Part shown: piece by piece, positions 22,331-36,630 of the stretch
Layout: the number at the start of each line of letters is the position of its first letter
Position numbering within the stretch: the first letter of the stretch is position 1
NCBI GenBank assembly: GCA_965655095.1
Contig: OZ296652.1
Coordinates: 71,920,001-71,984,000 of the forward strand
Origin: Haplodiscus bocki
Taxonomy: Eukaryota
Length of the DNA stretch: 64,000 bases
Reading direction: 5' to 3'
Program-made: the position numbers and the translations under genes
The notes under the pieces: model-generated
Seen by the model: only the letters and a program-made list of their open reading frames with translations
Told to the model about the DNA's origin: nothing
The model's database searches: none

Positions 22331-25300
22331 TTTTTCGGAAAATGATCTCGGCAAACGCCTTCAAGAAAGAAGTCAAGCGAGTGAATCCGATTTTGATCTC
22401 AAAGAATTGCTTCCTCTAAAAAACTTTTTGGCATGCCCAACTTATTGAGACTCTAGTGCACGACGCAAATGTAGAGTTTATTTTACAAAGATTGCCTTCA
22501 AAAATGGAAATCTCTTGAATTGTGCTTTGGCAGATTTAAGTCAGTGGTAACTATTGCAAAAAGTAAGTTCGAATATATCCCATAATCAAAAAAGCACTTT
22601 CAAGCAGTTTTGGCGTCTCACGACTCAAATGCTGGAAATACAAAACCATATTTTTTTGATCGCAAGAACTTGTTGATTCAGACGTTCGATGATGTAGCTA
22701 AACCGGAGCTCATCGAGAAGAACTTGGATTCAAGGGAAAAACATTAGTAACTTTTTGTCGTGTACTGAAATAAACAGCCTTAGCTGAGTCAGTTGAACTT
22801 GAATGCTCCCTAAACTATATAACAATGAAGTTTAAACAGCTTAGGTGATTTAATCATCATGTTTCTTTAATGGAACAGGAAACTGAACAGGAAATATTAG
22901 CTCACATGTGCAATAATTCAATAATTGAAATGTTTGGTTCTGTCTAACCGGAACGATGTTGATTGAGAGATCTCATGTTTCTGTCTGCTCAGCCAAAATG
23001 ATTTTCCTTCTGTCAAAAATACAAAGCCATGAAAACCTAAAATACATTTTTTTTCAGTTGGTGACAGTAGGGAAACGAACTTGTGATGCAATACAGTGAA
23101 GCATTTCCTTATTTGTTGTTAGGGGCCGACCTGTGCTCCCTACCAAGAAATCAATGTAAGCATTTCACGTCATCTACCCATCCTAATCACAAATCATCCA
23201 CAAAAGATTCATTTTCACGCTGAAGTCCAGTTCCAGAGCCACGGAGCTGCAAAAGTAAAACAGGAAGAGGATCGACAGTATCATTGAAGTAGATAAGTTG
23301 CAAGCTCGATCGGTAGACTGGGTTTTGTTTCAATTTCAGAATTTAGTGCTTTTACTCCGACACTGGGCGTGAAAAACACCCATCGATGTCGGCACGTTAA
23401 CAATTGAATTACAATTGATGTTTAATTTAGGCACAATGACAACACGATGCACGGATTTAAACAATCAGTCGGACATTTGAAGAGATGTTTTTACTCATGA
23501 TTAATATCAAAACTGTTGATGAAATCAAATTAAGTTCGGATGTTGTAAGTTTCAAGATGATTTAACGCTTCGACTTGTCATAATTCTTTCCCTTTAACCT
23601 GGAACAACATCTCCGTTCAACTTTCCGCTCCTAATTTGAATTTTTTTTCAAAGATTTTAAATTTGACCATCAATTACCAAACACTTTACTTTACTGCGGG
23701 TTTCTGAAAAGATTTTTTTTCACAAAAACTGAGTTTTACACTACTCTGAGGTTTCTGTTTTTGTTTTTTGTCTTATGGGGTGGCACAGTTGCTGTCATCT
23801 ACGTTCTTTTTGTCGATCGCTGATGTTTTTTTGCTTCTACAAGGAAGTTGACTAATAACTCTTCAAAAAGACTCTCTGCAAGATTTTTCCCGAGTTTTCG
23901 AGAAATTTTTTCTCAACAGTAAAAACCTTGTGTCAAGGAGTAACTGTTGTTTTAAAAACGGTTTTTCGTTGAGTTTTCAGTTTTCTTTTTTTATGCTTTA
24001 ATCTACCTTAATCGTATTTTTTTTCAACTTCAAATAATTTAACTTACTCATTGAACCTAAATATTGCTCAACCGCAACTTACACTAAGTCCCTAATCTGG
24101 TTAAAAAAAGAATTTTTTTTTTCAATTTGAACAAGTACAGCAAAGTAATTTTGCAATAACAACGATTCCTACTGAAAAGAAAGCTAGTTTTTGACAATCG
24201 CATCTTCGAGGTTGGGCCCCCAGATTTTTTTGAAACTTTCACTTTGGTTACACGTCAAAATTTAAAACTTTCAATAGCAGCTTTTCAGGATCGGTTAAAC
24301 AACCCACAGTTGCAACAGCAACATGTTTTTTTCCTTGAAGAACTTCAATTTGACTCCAAAACTGATAATCGAGATAACTCATCGGTAACATTGCAAGCCA
24401 GGGCCCTGAGAGCCTATCCGGATCAAAATATTTTGGCATTTGCAGCAATTGACGCATATGCAGCAGATGCTGCTGCTGGACAAACCCGGTTTGAACAGGA
24501 CACAGCGCGTCGGGCAGAAATGATACCTTCTGCTCAAAAAACACGTTCAGTTCGAAATAGGCACCATTTCGTCAAACTTATGCCTGAATGGCTACGTGAA
24601 AATTTACTTGAGCAGCCTGAGAAGACTACCGGTGAAGACATTTAAGTTTTTGCGGAAAACAGCTGCCACTCCCTAACTTCTCTTGGAACGATGACTCAGT
24701 GATGGCCGATTCAAGTGAAATGTGTACTCCAATAAGATCTACATTTGTTAAAAAACTGACAAAACTTAACACAAGTCAAGAAGCTATGAGTGTTTGCCTA
24801 ACTGAATTGTCCGAAATGTTCGATCCGAAGAACGCAGCATAAGTTTAGCAAATTAGTTCAGCGACTCTCAAAAAAATCAAGCACAACGTCTTCAAAGAAG
24901 CTCTTTCTCGCAACTTCGGGGAAGAAATCCAGTTTCAATTGTGGATATTGGAAACTCCAGAAGCCACTTACGCAGAAACAATTGGGGATTCAGCGGAATT
25001 TGACCGAACTTTCCACAACTCCGCTGGAAAATTCAAAACCAGAAGAGTTAAAGGCTTTGAGAACAGTTACATCAGAAACACTTTTAATGGCAAAAAAGAA
25101 GGTTCTTTTTCCGACAGAAAACTTCGAAGTTTCCATCGGAAAATCAGTTTTTTCAGCAAAAAGATCGGAAAATTCAAGCTCAGGGCTCTAACTTTCAGAC
25201 AAGACTAACGTTTAAAGTCTTCACCACTGATGTTAGTATGTGGCGTACACAGCAGTCAACAGCGACCTTTCATGCGGCTATTCCAATCATTTATCAATCT

Positions 25301-28300
25301 TCTGCACTGTTGGACGAAATCTTCCCAGTGGTGGAATTTGAAATCCATGTAATCAGAAATCAAAACAGTAAACGAGCAGCACAAAACTCAAAGGCCTACC
25401 GACGCAACAAAAATCCAGCCGAATAAACAAAACACATGCTCTATATTTCCTTCTTAAGTCTCGCAGGAAAAGTGTGCTGTTCTTTCACTTTTCGTTAGAG
25501 GAGGAAACACTTTTTTATGCCAGACCTAAATGTTTTTTTTTAAAAGAAAACGGTGAGCCGTTTTATACACAAGCTCCTGTGCTACCACTTTACCTTTTAC
25601 ACTGGCCAGATTTGACAATTCAGCTGAGCCAGTTCTTACCTGAACAAAAGAAGCCGTACTACAAAAAAAACTACCGAAAGTTTTGCTGCTTTCGACAAAG
25701 GAAGTAAACACTCCGCCTCAGTCTCAAGAACTCTCGGAGCGCCATTTGGCGAAATAATCAGATCTTTCAAATCTTGTCACGGACTTTTTCTACCTAGTGA
25801 GCGACTGGAAAAACAGTGTAACATTACTCTTACCTCGTTTCTTAGGCAAAATGGTGATGACAGTAAAGTTTTCGTTTCAGTCATAAATCGTTCTGATGAT
25901 CAAATTACAATGAACAATCAATCAAAAACAGTGCGGTTCAACATTTCAAATGAAAGACAGGCTAGCAATTTATTCAAAACAGACCCTCTGTTGATTTCAA
26001 CTGAAAAAATGCGTAGCGCGACTGGTTTTGAAGACGGACTGAACCAGTTGATTCAACAATATATTTCTCATGTAAATGACACACCAACAAGTCGCGCACT
26101 TCCGGAAAACTAAAAAAACTGGTTTCCAATTAGAGAGTCATGTAAGGATTTTGCTAAATTGACGCCTCTGCAACGAGAAAACTATGATAAGATATTGAAA
26201 ACTCAACGCTCGGAAAAAATGCATCCGTGCAGTAATGACTTCAAATGGAAAGATTTTTCGAAACAATTTCTTGGGACGTTTCTGTCCTAGAAACTAACCA
26301 AAAAAGGCGAAGTCAGGAAGTTCTGCTTGAATGCCATGATGTATCTGTCAAACACTCCTTTGATGAGAGGTAGAACACAGATTTCATGTTTAAATTAACC
26401 ACTGAACACTCATTTCCGGTGTATGTTCAACGTCCGCCAGCTTCATTTCACCTACGTGATGAGACTTTGAAGGCACCTGCCTTCTGGCACGGCATTAATT
26501 TTATATTAACTTGTCAAATACCAATGACAGTAGTCCCTAAAGGTTCATCGCAAATCAACTGATTAAGTGAAATTTCTTATTCACTTATTCCGCGTGAACC
26601 ATTTTCTAGGCCATGATTCCACAAAAAGCATTTATCCGATCTCATATAAGACACATGCCTTAAATCATTTCGGTGGCAACAGTTTGTTGTGTATTGTAGA
26701 GTAATCCCAAGCATTTGATTGTGTTCAATTTGTAGATGACCTTCCGGTTCAAAATCTGGCTCTTAACTTCGCCTCGCAAACTTTCGGCTACAATTGCTCA
26801 ACCCAAGCTCAAAAAACATCTTTGACGAGATTGAGTCTAATGGCAAGCACAATTTCCGCCCGTGAATAGCAGCGGAAGTTTTTCTGCAAATTATGGATGA
26901 TGTTTCTGCCGGGTTGAAAAAACTTAATGAAATGATACCTGCTCTGCGAAGTTTTTCGATTCTTTCAGACAATCGGGTATGAAGTTTTCCGCACACAAAC
27001 ATGTTTTCGGAAGAACAAAATTTGTCTACCTATATAGCAGAAATTCTCCTGCAGGAGTTTCGTCTGATTGCACAGAAACCGAAAGAACTTCTAGAAAAAT
27101 TCGAATGCAGAACACTGTGAAACAATTAAAACGCTTTTTTGGCTTCGCACAACTTCTTTTTAATCTTCCTTTTCTGATCCTGGTCAAAAAACACTACCAT
27201 TTTACCGATTGTTAGAGAAAAAAACACATTCATAGTCACTTAAAATTATCACGAATCATAAAACCTTTGAAAAACTGATTCACAGGTGCTACAAGTTTGA
27301 CATTACGTATAGCAGATCCACGTCTCCAGTATGTCCTCATTTGTTATGCTAGTTTTCATGGGACTGGAATTGTGCTTTAGATTGAAGATTTTTTCATTGA
27401 TCGAAATGGGAAAAAAGAAAACTTATACACCAGTTTTTATTTAATTCAAGACTCTTCAATGCTACGCAATTGAAATTTTCCTTGTACTACAAAAAATTCT
27501 TATTTTTGTATTTTGCCCTACACCATTTTGCCCTTTTCTTTTGTGGCGAAACGAAAACGGTCATGGTGTTAAAAGATAGTCGAAGCATACCGCATTTTTT
27601 TCGACAAAGTTTTCATCCTTCTCATTGCAACTGCCTAGAGCGAGTTTCGACTTCAACATTTTGCTTAGGCACATACTCGGCAGGGCAAACGCCGCTGCAG
27701 ATTTTATTTCGCGAAATGAAACGGATATTAGTTTGAGTTTACACATAAAATTCACGGATTACCGGCTTATACATGAATTTGGAAATGGAACAAAAGCGAA
27801 AACCCCAGATGTATCTTTGTCAAACATTGTTGAAATAACTCCTTTTTCAGAAGACTTGCTCAGTGATCTTGACGAACATTTCGTCAACCAGTTAAAAGTT
27901 CATGGTCTTTACGAAAGTTTTCTAGCGGAAACCGCTATTTATTAATCCGATACTCCTAATACAGCCTTTCTCTTTTTGACACAAGTTCTACAAGTCAACT
28001 TAAAAGAAATCAAGGATCCTGAGGAGGGCCTCAGTGATTTATCTAATAGATCTTAGTCCCCTTATTTGAAGCAAGAACACGAAATTTTTGAAATCATTCG
28101 TGAGGTAATTCTCTTGAAAAATCCAGGATATTCTGATCAATCTCCAATATGGCCTATTGCTTTGCTAAAATCCCCAAAAAATCTTTGCCGCCTAATGGTG
28201 GAAGATGATATTCTCTGTCATCTTCCCCGGGACAAATGTGACAAAGCGAATCACGAACAGTTTTCTGTACCTGAACTTTTTTGGCCTGAAGTAATTTTTC

Positions 28301-30199
28301 CGTTTAATTATTTCAAAAACCACAGGACCTTCTGGGATTGCAAAATTGTTCAAGAATTCTGCAAACGGTTTACTTTCCAAATTTAACAGAATTCCTAACT
28401 TGTCAAAAATTCGTTACATGCTTACAATTCAAATTAACTCTTTCTAAAAATTTGAAAACGCCTCTAAAACCAGTACCAGCTCTGACTTCAAATTCTAATT
28501 GGACATCTGAAATGAAATGGTTGGGCCAATAAAGTAACCAGTTTACCGTTGTGTGTCGGCAGCTATTGATGTTTTTAGAAATAGATGGTTGTTGTCTCTT
28601 TGATAAATATCAGGGCAGGACTGACGTCAAAACATTTAGGACATAGTTGGTTGCCTGAAACCATTTCTTCCACTCTGGGTACTTTTTTGCTGAATTGTTG
28701 GATGATTCAACGGAAAGACTGAAAATGGAAATAGATCAAGCAAGTTTTAAAGACCCACACACGGTGGGAGTTGTCGAACGCTCTCATAGCCCACTTAGCC
28801 GCATTCTCAACTGGAATCCTAATGGCCGATGGACTTGTTCGTAAAAACACGTGCAAAAAGCAACCTAAAGCCACAGTATGTGTTATCATTCAGCGATTAG
28901 CTTGAGCCCTACATTTCATTTTCGTGGACGTGAACCACTCAAACCGTTAGATTCACGAAGTGGTAAGACATTGATTAAACGTCTTCTTCTGATTAGTGAG
29001 TGTGTATTCGCAATGAATGATGGGAAGGGAAAAAATTCTCCGAAACGAGTTTTAAACTTACGGAGTGCTACAAAAAGTACAGTTCCTATGAAGACTGCAA
29101 AACTGAAGCCAAGATATTGGCCCTCCCTACTGACATTCACTCAACATTCAATTGATGCGTCAATCCGATCTTGCTATGAAACTTTCACCTAATTGGTATA
29201 CCATTTACCGTGTGGATGAAGTTTTGACAAACTGTAACTACTTCAATAAAAAAAGTGAGAACTAACAATACACAATGACTCCATCTCACCAGATTGCGCT
29301 CAGTAAATCCACAAAGTCGAATGGTTGATCTCAGGGTTATCAATTTTGAGAACTTTCAATTCAAATTATCGTTGAACAAATTTTGCGAGCAACCAATGCC
29401 CTTTGATGAAATCAATCCTTTCTTTTTGGAACCGCCCACCAGAGTGACTACAACACAAGATGTAACGAAGGGTCTGCCACTTGTAACTGTTAGCTTTCGA
29501 TTTCCAGTCGCTCCAGCACCCGTACCAGTCGGACTGGCAGCTGGCACGGCTCCGGTACCCCCAATTGCTGTGGCGTTGGCTGAACAAATTGAACACAAAG
29601 TGACAGAGCCACCGTCACCAAAACGACCTCTCCTTCTATACTAGATGTTCGTTTTTCTGACAGTTTTGATGAGTTTTTGTCAAAAGAAACCTCACAAGAC
29701 GCTATCATGTTCATGTTGCGGGAAACTCCTGGTAAGATCGATGGAGCGAAACAAACACTGCCATTCGAAGCAATACCCGCTGACCGGCAACCTCCACTCC
29801 GCCTTTTGTGTACAAACTTACACACAACTATTTTTTGCGAAAGTCGTTTTAAACTAGACGTAATTCTCCCACGAAATGTACGTTTCCAATCAGCTTTGAG
29901 TAACAATAACATTTTAACTAGTTGTCAGGCCAATAGACATCAAACCATTTTTGAGTCTTTAGAAGGAAGTTGTGCACAACTAAAACAGGCTACCTCATTA
30001 GGCCCAGATCTATCTACTCCTGTTTCTAGTCCAAAACTTTTCAGTCAAACATAACAGCAGCAGACAGCACCTGCATACTTAGAGAAGCAGAAAAGAAATA
30101 AAATTTTACTACACCTTGACGAATTTAAAGAAAGAGCCAAGATCCTGGATTGTTGTAAACGCAGTCAAAAATGCTAGTATCCCACAATTTTGTCGCTTT

Positions 30200-30630
30200 T
30201 TTCGGCTTATTATTTTGTTAGCTATTACATTTAACATGTTGTATTTCCTAAAACTACGCTTTGGCAAAAACTTGGCTTTCACGATAGCCTGTTGCTATTT
30301 TGACCTGCCGGATTTTCGAAAATTGCCTTTGAAATAAAGCCACCTGGCTCTTTCGCAAACTATTTTTATCAACATAACATTCGATTTATCTAAAATTTAG
30401 TAACAAAGCGGCAACATTTTCTGAAACTTTACTACGAAACGCTAAAACAGAGCTTCTAAGTGTCAAGGCAACATTTGGAGCGTCATGAGATTCAAGAAAA
30501 TACCATTGCTAATTTTGGTTGTGGCAATGATTAGTTCCATTGGCCAACGTTTTTTTTCGATTTCATTTGAAACTTTTCCAAAGTAAAAAACAATACTTCA
30601 GCATAGTTGCCAGCGCAATCGCAACTCCAG
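30200..30630 (+). pseudogene. Putative env 5' part (signal peptide, cleavage site and fusion-peptide-like segment)
   Basis: Hydrophobic RLIILLAITF directly after pol. Basic-then-hydrophobic QSKKQYFSIVASAIAT ends where the antisense insert begins. Confidence 0.4.
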
Positions 30631-33600
30631 AAGTTGACAGCATTTCCTGCTCCCAACCAGTGTTTTTTTGGGCTACACACTGGACTTTGATGTGCCCCAG
30701 AACTTCAGGTACCCACTGTGACCTTCAAATATCTGTTTCTCAAAGTCAACAATACTTTCCGACCTATACTTCGGTTGTGGGGGCTCACTTCGGATGCTGC
30801 TTTGATCCCTCACACTCAGGTTGGTATTGGAGCCAAAAAAAATTATCTCGCCCTCTGGCGCTCTTCCTGAAAATTAGTCAAAACCAAAAATTTTACACAA
30901 AAAACGGAAAGTTTCTCCCATTTTGCTCATAAAATGTATATCAATGTCCCGATAGGACATTATTGTATCACACGCACTCTTCTGGTGGCTTCATCTCTCC
31001 TCCACTTCATTTTTACAAGTTCTCGGAAATTTCGAACATTTTTTTCGAAATAATTGCTGATAATTACAGATGATATGATTGACAATTGTTCATTTTTTGC
31101 CGAGATATTTTTGCCTTCCTAGCCAGCGAGCAAGAAGTTGCTCCAGGTTCTTGATTTGTTTCATCCAGGATCTTAAGAAACACAGTATTTTTTGTACAGC
31201 AACAAAAATTTCTGAAACTTCTAAATTTTTAGGTCCGAATGGCAGCCCTTTGATTGATAATTTCCAATAGCAAAAACGTCATTACTTTTTAACAGGTTGA
31301 TCTGGATGGGCTCTCATTGCAACATTTTATAATTTTCTGCAAGGACACACTGTAACACGACGGCTGCTCTGCTAGCTGGCTCTTTTTACTCTGCTGGGTA
31401 CTGTAATCAATCATTCCCATTTTCTTAGTGTTTTTATTGTATATTGTCCTCTCCCAACCGGCAGGTTGTTCCAAACATCTTCAATACTAAGAATATTACG
31501 AAGTCAGTGGTAAAGTTTTCGAATGCTGAACGTATCTTACACATGGCTCTGACCATGAAACCTGCTTAGCAGTCCTTTTGTGTTTCCCATTCGTTCGCTG
31601 AATACTCTGAAAATTTTCTTGAAAGTCGGTCCAATTCGGGATCCCTCGTTTGTTTTTCATTGGCTTATCTGAGCCGCCGAAAGGCATTGCTATTTTTCTT
31701 TCCTGTGGAATACTTTTTTCTTTCTCTTTATCTCTCCTAATTGACGTGTTTATCATCATATGTTAACCACCACTTTTCTTCCCACTCATGAGAAAAAAAA
31801 CAATGGAGAACCAGCAGACTCCACCCACTTCAACGAGCTTCCTTTTGCTTTCAATTGCGTCAGGGTTCCCTAGAAGCACCAAATCATGTTACTCACTTCC
31901 TTCAGCAGCTCGAACACTTTTAGTGCCCAGTTCAACACACTTCCGAACTCCTGCAGCTCTGGCACCTGTGAAACTTTTTCCAATAACGGACTTTATTGAA
32001 AGCTCGGGAGCGATTGAGACAGTGGTACACATATCTTTAGCAATGAAATCTCCTGGTTTTGAAACAAGTCCTTTTTACACTTGAAAATAAAAACTCACTA
32101 ACTCACGACAGACAGTCTCCAGTCCATCAGTAATTTTGGGAATCACAAACCCCGTTTCAGTTAGTCTTTTTCGTAGAGTGGCTAGATCCTTGACATGCTC
32201 TTGTACTTTTTTTCACGGGTTGTACACATTGTTGCACCTGTTGTTCTGTCGGAACTTTGAAACCATCAGACCGTAATTGATCATTTTTACTGTATACAGC
32301 AGTAATCGCTTTCTCCATCGATCCTTCTCTCGTTTTTTTTCTCTCACAACAACGCGTCTAACCGACGCTCCTCCACCATCTTGACAACAGCAATATGCAT
32401 TGAGGGCTTCATAATTAATTTACAAAAAACAGAGTTTACGCCTTTTTTAATTACGACTTAGAGCATTTATGTGTCCATTCCTAGCTTCATGGCTGCCAAG
32501 AAAATTTGTTTGTGTACATCTCGCCTTCCGTCTAAATTTTCACCGTGGAAGCTTCAAGTGCCTTCGGGGATCCAATACCTCTTGTTTTCTTTGCAATAGT
32601 GATTTGCTATTGAGGAAATTTCACATTCTCCTTTGTTTGCACATCCGCGTTTGGTGCATTCTCCTCTTTGATATTTTGGCGATATATATTTGCGTCTTTT
32701 CTATCATTTCATTCATTCTACATTCAAGCGCTCGTTGCTTTCAATTTCCTTGACCAATGATTTTTGCGATACTTGACGAGCGGGAAAATCCCATCCAGTT
32801 TTACTCAACTTCAATGCAAGTTGATGCTAACTACATTGTCATCCGCAATATAAACGATTGCGAGGGGTATCTCACGATGGGTCTTGACAATGGTGATGTT
32901 TTGCAGCTCGACGTTGGTGATGAAAAATGGTTCGAACTCGGCACTTTTAATCATTGTAGTGTTTTTAAAGTCCCGAAATAACATGGACTGTGTAGACTCG
33001 GTCAGTTCAAAAATCTTGAAAACAAATTGAAAAACAGTTTCAAAGCTCTCGAATCAACTGTCTTCCCGTATTCGATTCTTATTTGGAGTCAATAAATCTG
33101 GACAAATTGGAGCTAGATTTTTTCGATTGGATTTGATTTGATTTATAATATTCTCGTTTTGTTGAACTCAGCGCATCAATTCCAACTTGTTCTTAGTGAT
33201 GTGTCCGACACTAACCAGAAACACATCGCAGTCCGCTTATAATTTTCCTTCTAGAGCTTTTTCTTAAAACGTCTTTTTGCAATTTTGAGTTCTGCTAGCG
33301 ATGATTAAAACGGCGATCAGTTAGAATACTAAAAAATTTTCGACTAGCTGAAATTTCCCTTGCTCTTTTGTTTTGATTACTTATGGAATGTTCATTTTTG
33401 AACACGTTTAATCGAAAAAAACAGAAAACAATAAATTCCAAACAGCTGTTTTAAGCTACAACTCAAAAAATTCAACTCAAAAACTGTTTTTTTTCCATTC
33501 GCTTCAAAACTGTTTCTGACCGCCCAATTTCTGTAGTGGTCTTTTCTCAACTCTTGCAATTGCCGAAAAAAGCGATGAAACTCATAAACCACTGCATATT

Positions 33601-34940
33601 AAACATGGCAAGCCACACCGGCGCCTTTGCCCAGCATGACTGCTACTACACTTCACACGGACACTTCCTCCACTGATGCCTTGCCTTAGAGTGAGTCTAA
33701 CATGAAGGGTCGTTTTTGCACCCACGCCCATCTACCGTTACTACTTTTGACAACCGATCCATTGCTGCAACATAGTTGCTTGTGGCTTCGCCACGACTTT
33801 CCTTGACCCGCTTAGTTGCTTTGAAAGACTAGGAAAATCATTACGATCGTTATCATTAGTTTCTTTTCTAAGTTGAAAAACTCGAAAATTCGTTTAGATT
33901 TTAATAAAATTGAACACAAAACTGCAGACAAACACGCTTTATGAACAGCTGCGTTGCAAAGCCAAATTACTAGTTCTTTTCGGCTTTCGTTTTTAAGGCC
34001 AAGTTCAATGGGCGTCCTATTGAGGTTTCAATTTCGAACATCCGCAACAGAATTTCCTAAACAAACATGACCTTTTCGAAAAATCTGATCATCCACTATT
34101 GGATGTCAAGGATAGTTTCTCGATTTCTTCACCTCCTCGAACTTTGAAACCACGGCTGAAGAATTGACTTTTAACCACTTTGTAAGTTCACAAATATTTT
34201 CAGCGAGTTTTCACAAATTTTGTCATTCTTTTTGTTTCCTCCACCAGTCAATATTTTGATGATTTAACATTAGTTAACCAAATCCATAAATGCTTCTTCT
34301 TTTACATCTGCTGTTCACTCCTGCCTCTTTTCGAAGTCAGTGGGCATCAAAAACCGAGTGCCCAAACAACGCTAACTATATACTTGAAAAGGGGATTTTT
34401 TTCCACGAGCAAGGCAAAATTCCTAACAAAGAAAATCATTTGCTTTGACTTTTTGGCACATTTCTATACTCATGAATATGCCATGCAACCGTATATCGAG
34501 CAAACTATTAAATGCTTTTCAGCAATATGGGATTTGCCTTCCATTTTTTGCCCGTTAATTTTTTCAAAAACTTTTTGTCCCTTTTTTTCTGTCTTCTATG
34601 TTAGTTAGATCACTTTTTCAAATCGAAAATGAAAATCGTGAATCACACGACGACATCAATACTATCCACAAAGATATATCAATGCTTCTGCGCCTTCATT
34701 CATTGCTTCTGCGCCTCCATTCCGAGTAACAACTGACAAGACTTTGACGCGGTGCTGGTGTGGGCCTGGCTGCTACTGCCGTCACTGGTCTCATCGAGGA
34801 AAGTGTTGCCTCAGGTTGTTCAGACTCTTGCGGCCTTGCTAGAATTTTAGGAGGTTGTGGCGACGGAACCCAGGCACGCGTATTGAAATTCGCTGCCGTT
34901 TCTTAGACTACCCAGACGTCCTGACGCAATTATTTGTAAC
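30630..34940 (-). mobile_element. Nested antisense Ty3/Gypsy internal fragment (PBS-gag-RT-RNase H-start of integrase)
   Basis: On the minus strand: TTACA followed by PBS-like TTGCGTCAGGAC (~34918-34940), zinc-knuckle-like VKCSSSHAGQRRRC (~33615-33660), RT TGFVIPK (~32135-32155) and GLVSKPGDF (~32045-32072), PNWTDF (~31625-31645). Confidence 0.6.
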
Positions 34941-34944
34941 AGAT

Positions 34945-36630
34945 TGATCAAAAACACGGGTAAAAATTTTTCCTGTCAAAAACGAATTCACCGCCCTGAA
35001 TGCAGTCCAAGTTTAGTTAACATCGACTCAAAACCAAAAACGGGCGTTTATCCATGAACAATTCATTATGTTTGAACGAGTTTTTCAAATCCAACTTGGT
35101 TGTAATCAAATGATTTCTTTCGAAACCACAATTAAACTTCGACTTTGACGCTTTGTGTTCTTTGTCCGCTATGATTCTTCATGATAAAATGAGTTTTGGT
35201 TCAGCTCTGTTTGCCTTTGAAATGTTTTCCTCCATTCCATCACTGTTGTTTGGCGAGGTCGTTCAACTTTGTGGCTAGTTCCTACGATTTCACTCATAGT
35301 AATGTTAGAAATTGTGGCGATCCAACAGCGTAAGGCTGAAAATCGCGTTTCCGTTGCAATTCCGGTTACCGATCTTATATCATTTTGTGATTCGCTTTTG
35401 CTGGACGATGGTATAGCGATAGCACAAGAATACTTGTTGACACATGGCAAACAGTTGGCTTCTCGGCAGACAAATTTGCCACGTTATGAAGCTAAAGTGA
35501 TCACTATGCCGTATCCAGATAGTTCGCACTCGGCTCTTGAATGGATCTTGTCGCTCCATATCTAGCTATCCCCGAAAACCAAAAAATGGTCTGTTTCATC
35601 TCTGTACCGGTTTGAGCACTATCTCGGTTCATCCAAGTACTGAATTTGTTCCAAGAATTTTCCGGTAGAAATTGGACATTCTTCTTTTTTTTTTGCTGCC
35701 ATGTTTTTTGATTGCTCCGATGATGCTCTTCCATTTTGTGTTACTTCACTTGTTTCGTTACCATCTGCTGAACCAGTCACAATTTCAGGTTGTGGAACTG
35801 GTACTTCAACATCAACCTCAGATGACTTTCTTATTCGTAAAACTCATGCAACATTTTCATCATCCAAACGCAATCTTTTGCTGGTTGTGGCATTTGTATC
35901 AGCACACTTGAATGTGGTATGCAGGTAATGACAAGGAAAATCAGAATCAGATCTGATCTAGCCAGTCACTCTGAATTTCCTGCCATCAAATTGTGCTTTT
36001 CATTGCCACATACCATGGCATCATTAATTATGCAAATAACCCGTTTAGATGAGTTTCCTTTTTATGACTCGAAGGCAGAAGTGGAAGTGAGGTTTTTGAA
36101 AGAAGTTCGGAAAGAACTGTTACTTAGTACGAGAGTCCGCGAAGTGAGCCAACCTGTAAATTTAGCAAGTCCTCTTGCAATTGACACGAAAGTTGTGATA
36201 CCATAGCTCATTCTCGATTTCATCGAAAAGGCCCCTTCCAAAATTTCGTTCAGTTTGACTGATATTGTTTTTGTGATTTTGACAGCATTACATCTGTTTT
36301 TCATGTTTGTTTACAACAAACACCTTCTTACAGAACGACTGCTTTCAAATGTAGTTAAATCAAATAATCAAAAACAACTTGAACCAACTGTTCATGTTAC
36401 CGAGGAACACCTCGAAACCTTACCAGTTCGTGAAAAAAAATGGGACGACGTTTTCGATTTCCTCAGCAATTTACTTTTTCGGTCCTCAAGAAACCTACTA
36501 ATTCTATGGCTCAATCAAACATAGCAAATTGCTTACTGGAGTTACTCCAGCAGATGATGACACTATCCAAAGTGTCAAACATCAGTTTTCCAACAACAAT
36601 TTGCCAGACCAATTCAAATCAATCCTGAAA
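34945..36630 (+). pseudogene. env-like membrane fusion glycoprotein, 3' part, frameshifted
   Basis: Consecutive plus-strand blocks: helical KNEFTALNAVQ and QLNFDFDALCSLSAMILH; LVPTISLIVMLEIV..VAIPVTDLISFCDS..LASRQTNLPRYEAKVITMPYP; Cys-containing ectodomain 35701-36206; single transmembrane segment DIVFVILTALHLFFMFVY plus cytoplasmic tail. Confidence 0.7.

Larger units (their letters stand above)
24200..36630 (+). mobile_element. Env-bearing Ty3/Gypsy LTR retroelement (gag-pol-env), decayed and interrupted by a nested insert
   Basis: gag remnant 24244-24645. RT IMDD (~26890) and KRFFGFAQ. RNase H HILGRANAAADFISR. Integrase VERSH and YHSAISLSP..RGREP, in Gypsy order RT-RH-IN. Pro-rich region 29294-30054. 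env pieces at ~30200-30630 and ~34945-36630. LTRs not resolved. Confidence 0.85.

Noticed and set aside
32757-32981. 74-aa plus-strand ORF that looks globular
   Set aside because: It lies antisense within the nested Gypsy gag-pol and has no recognisable motif.
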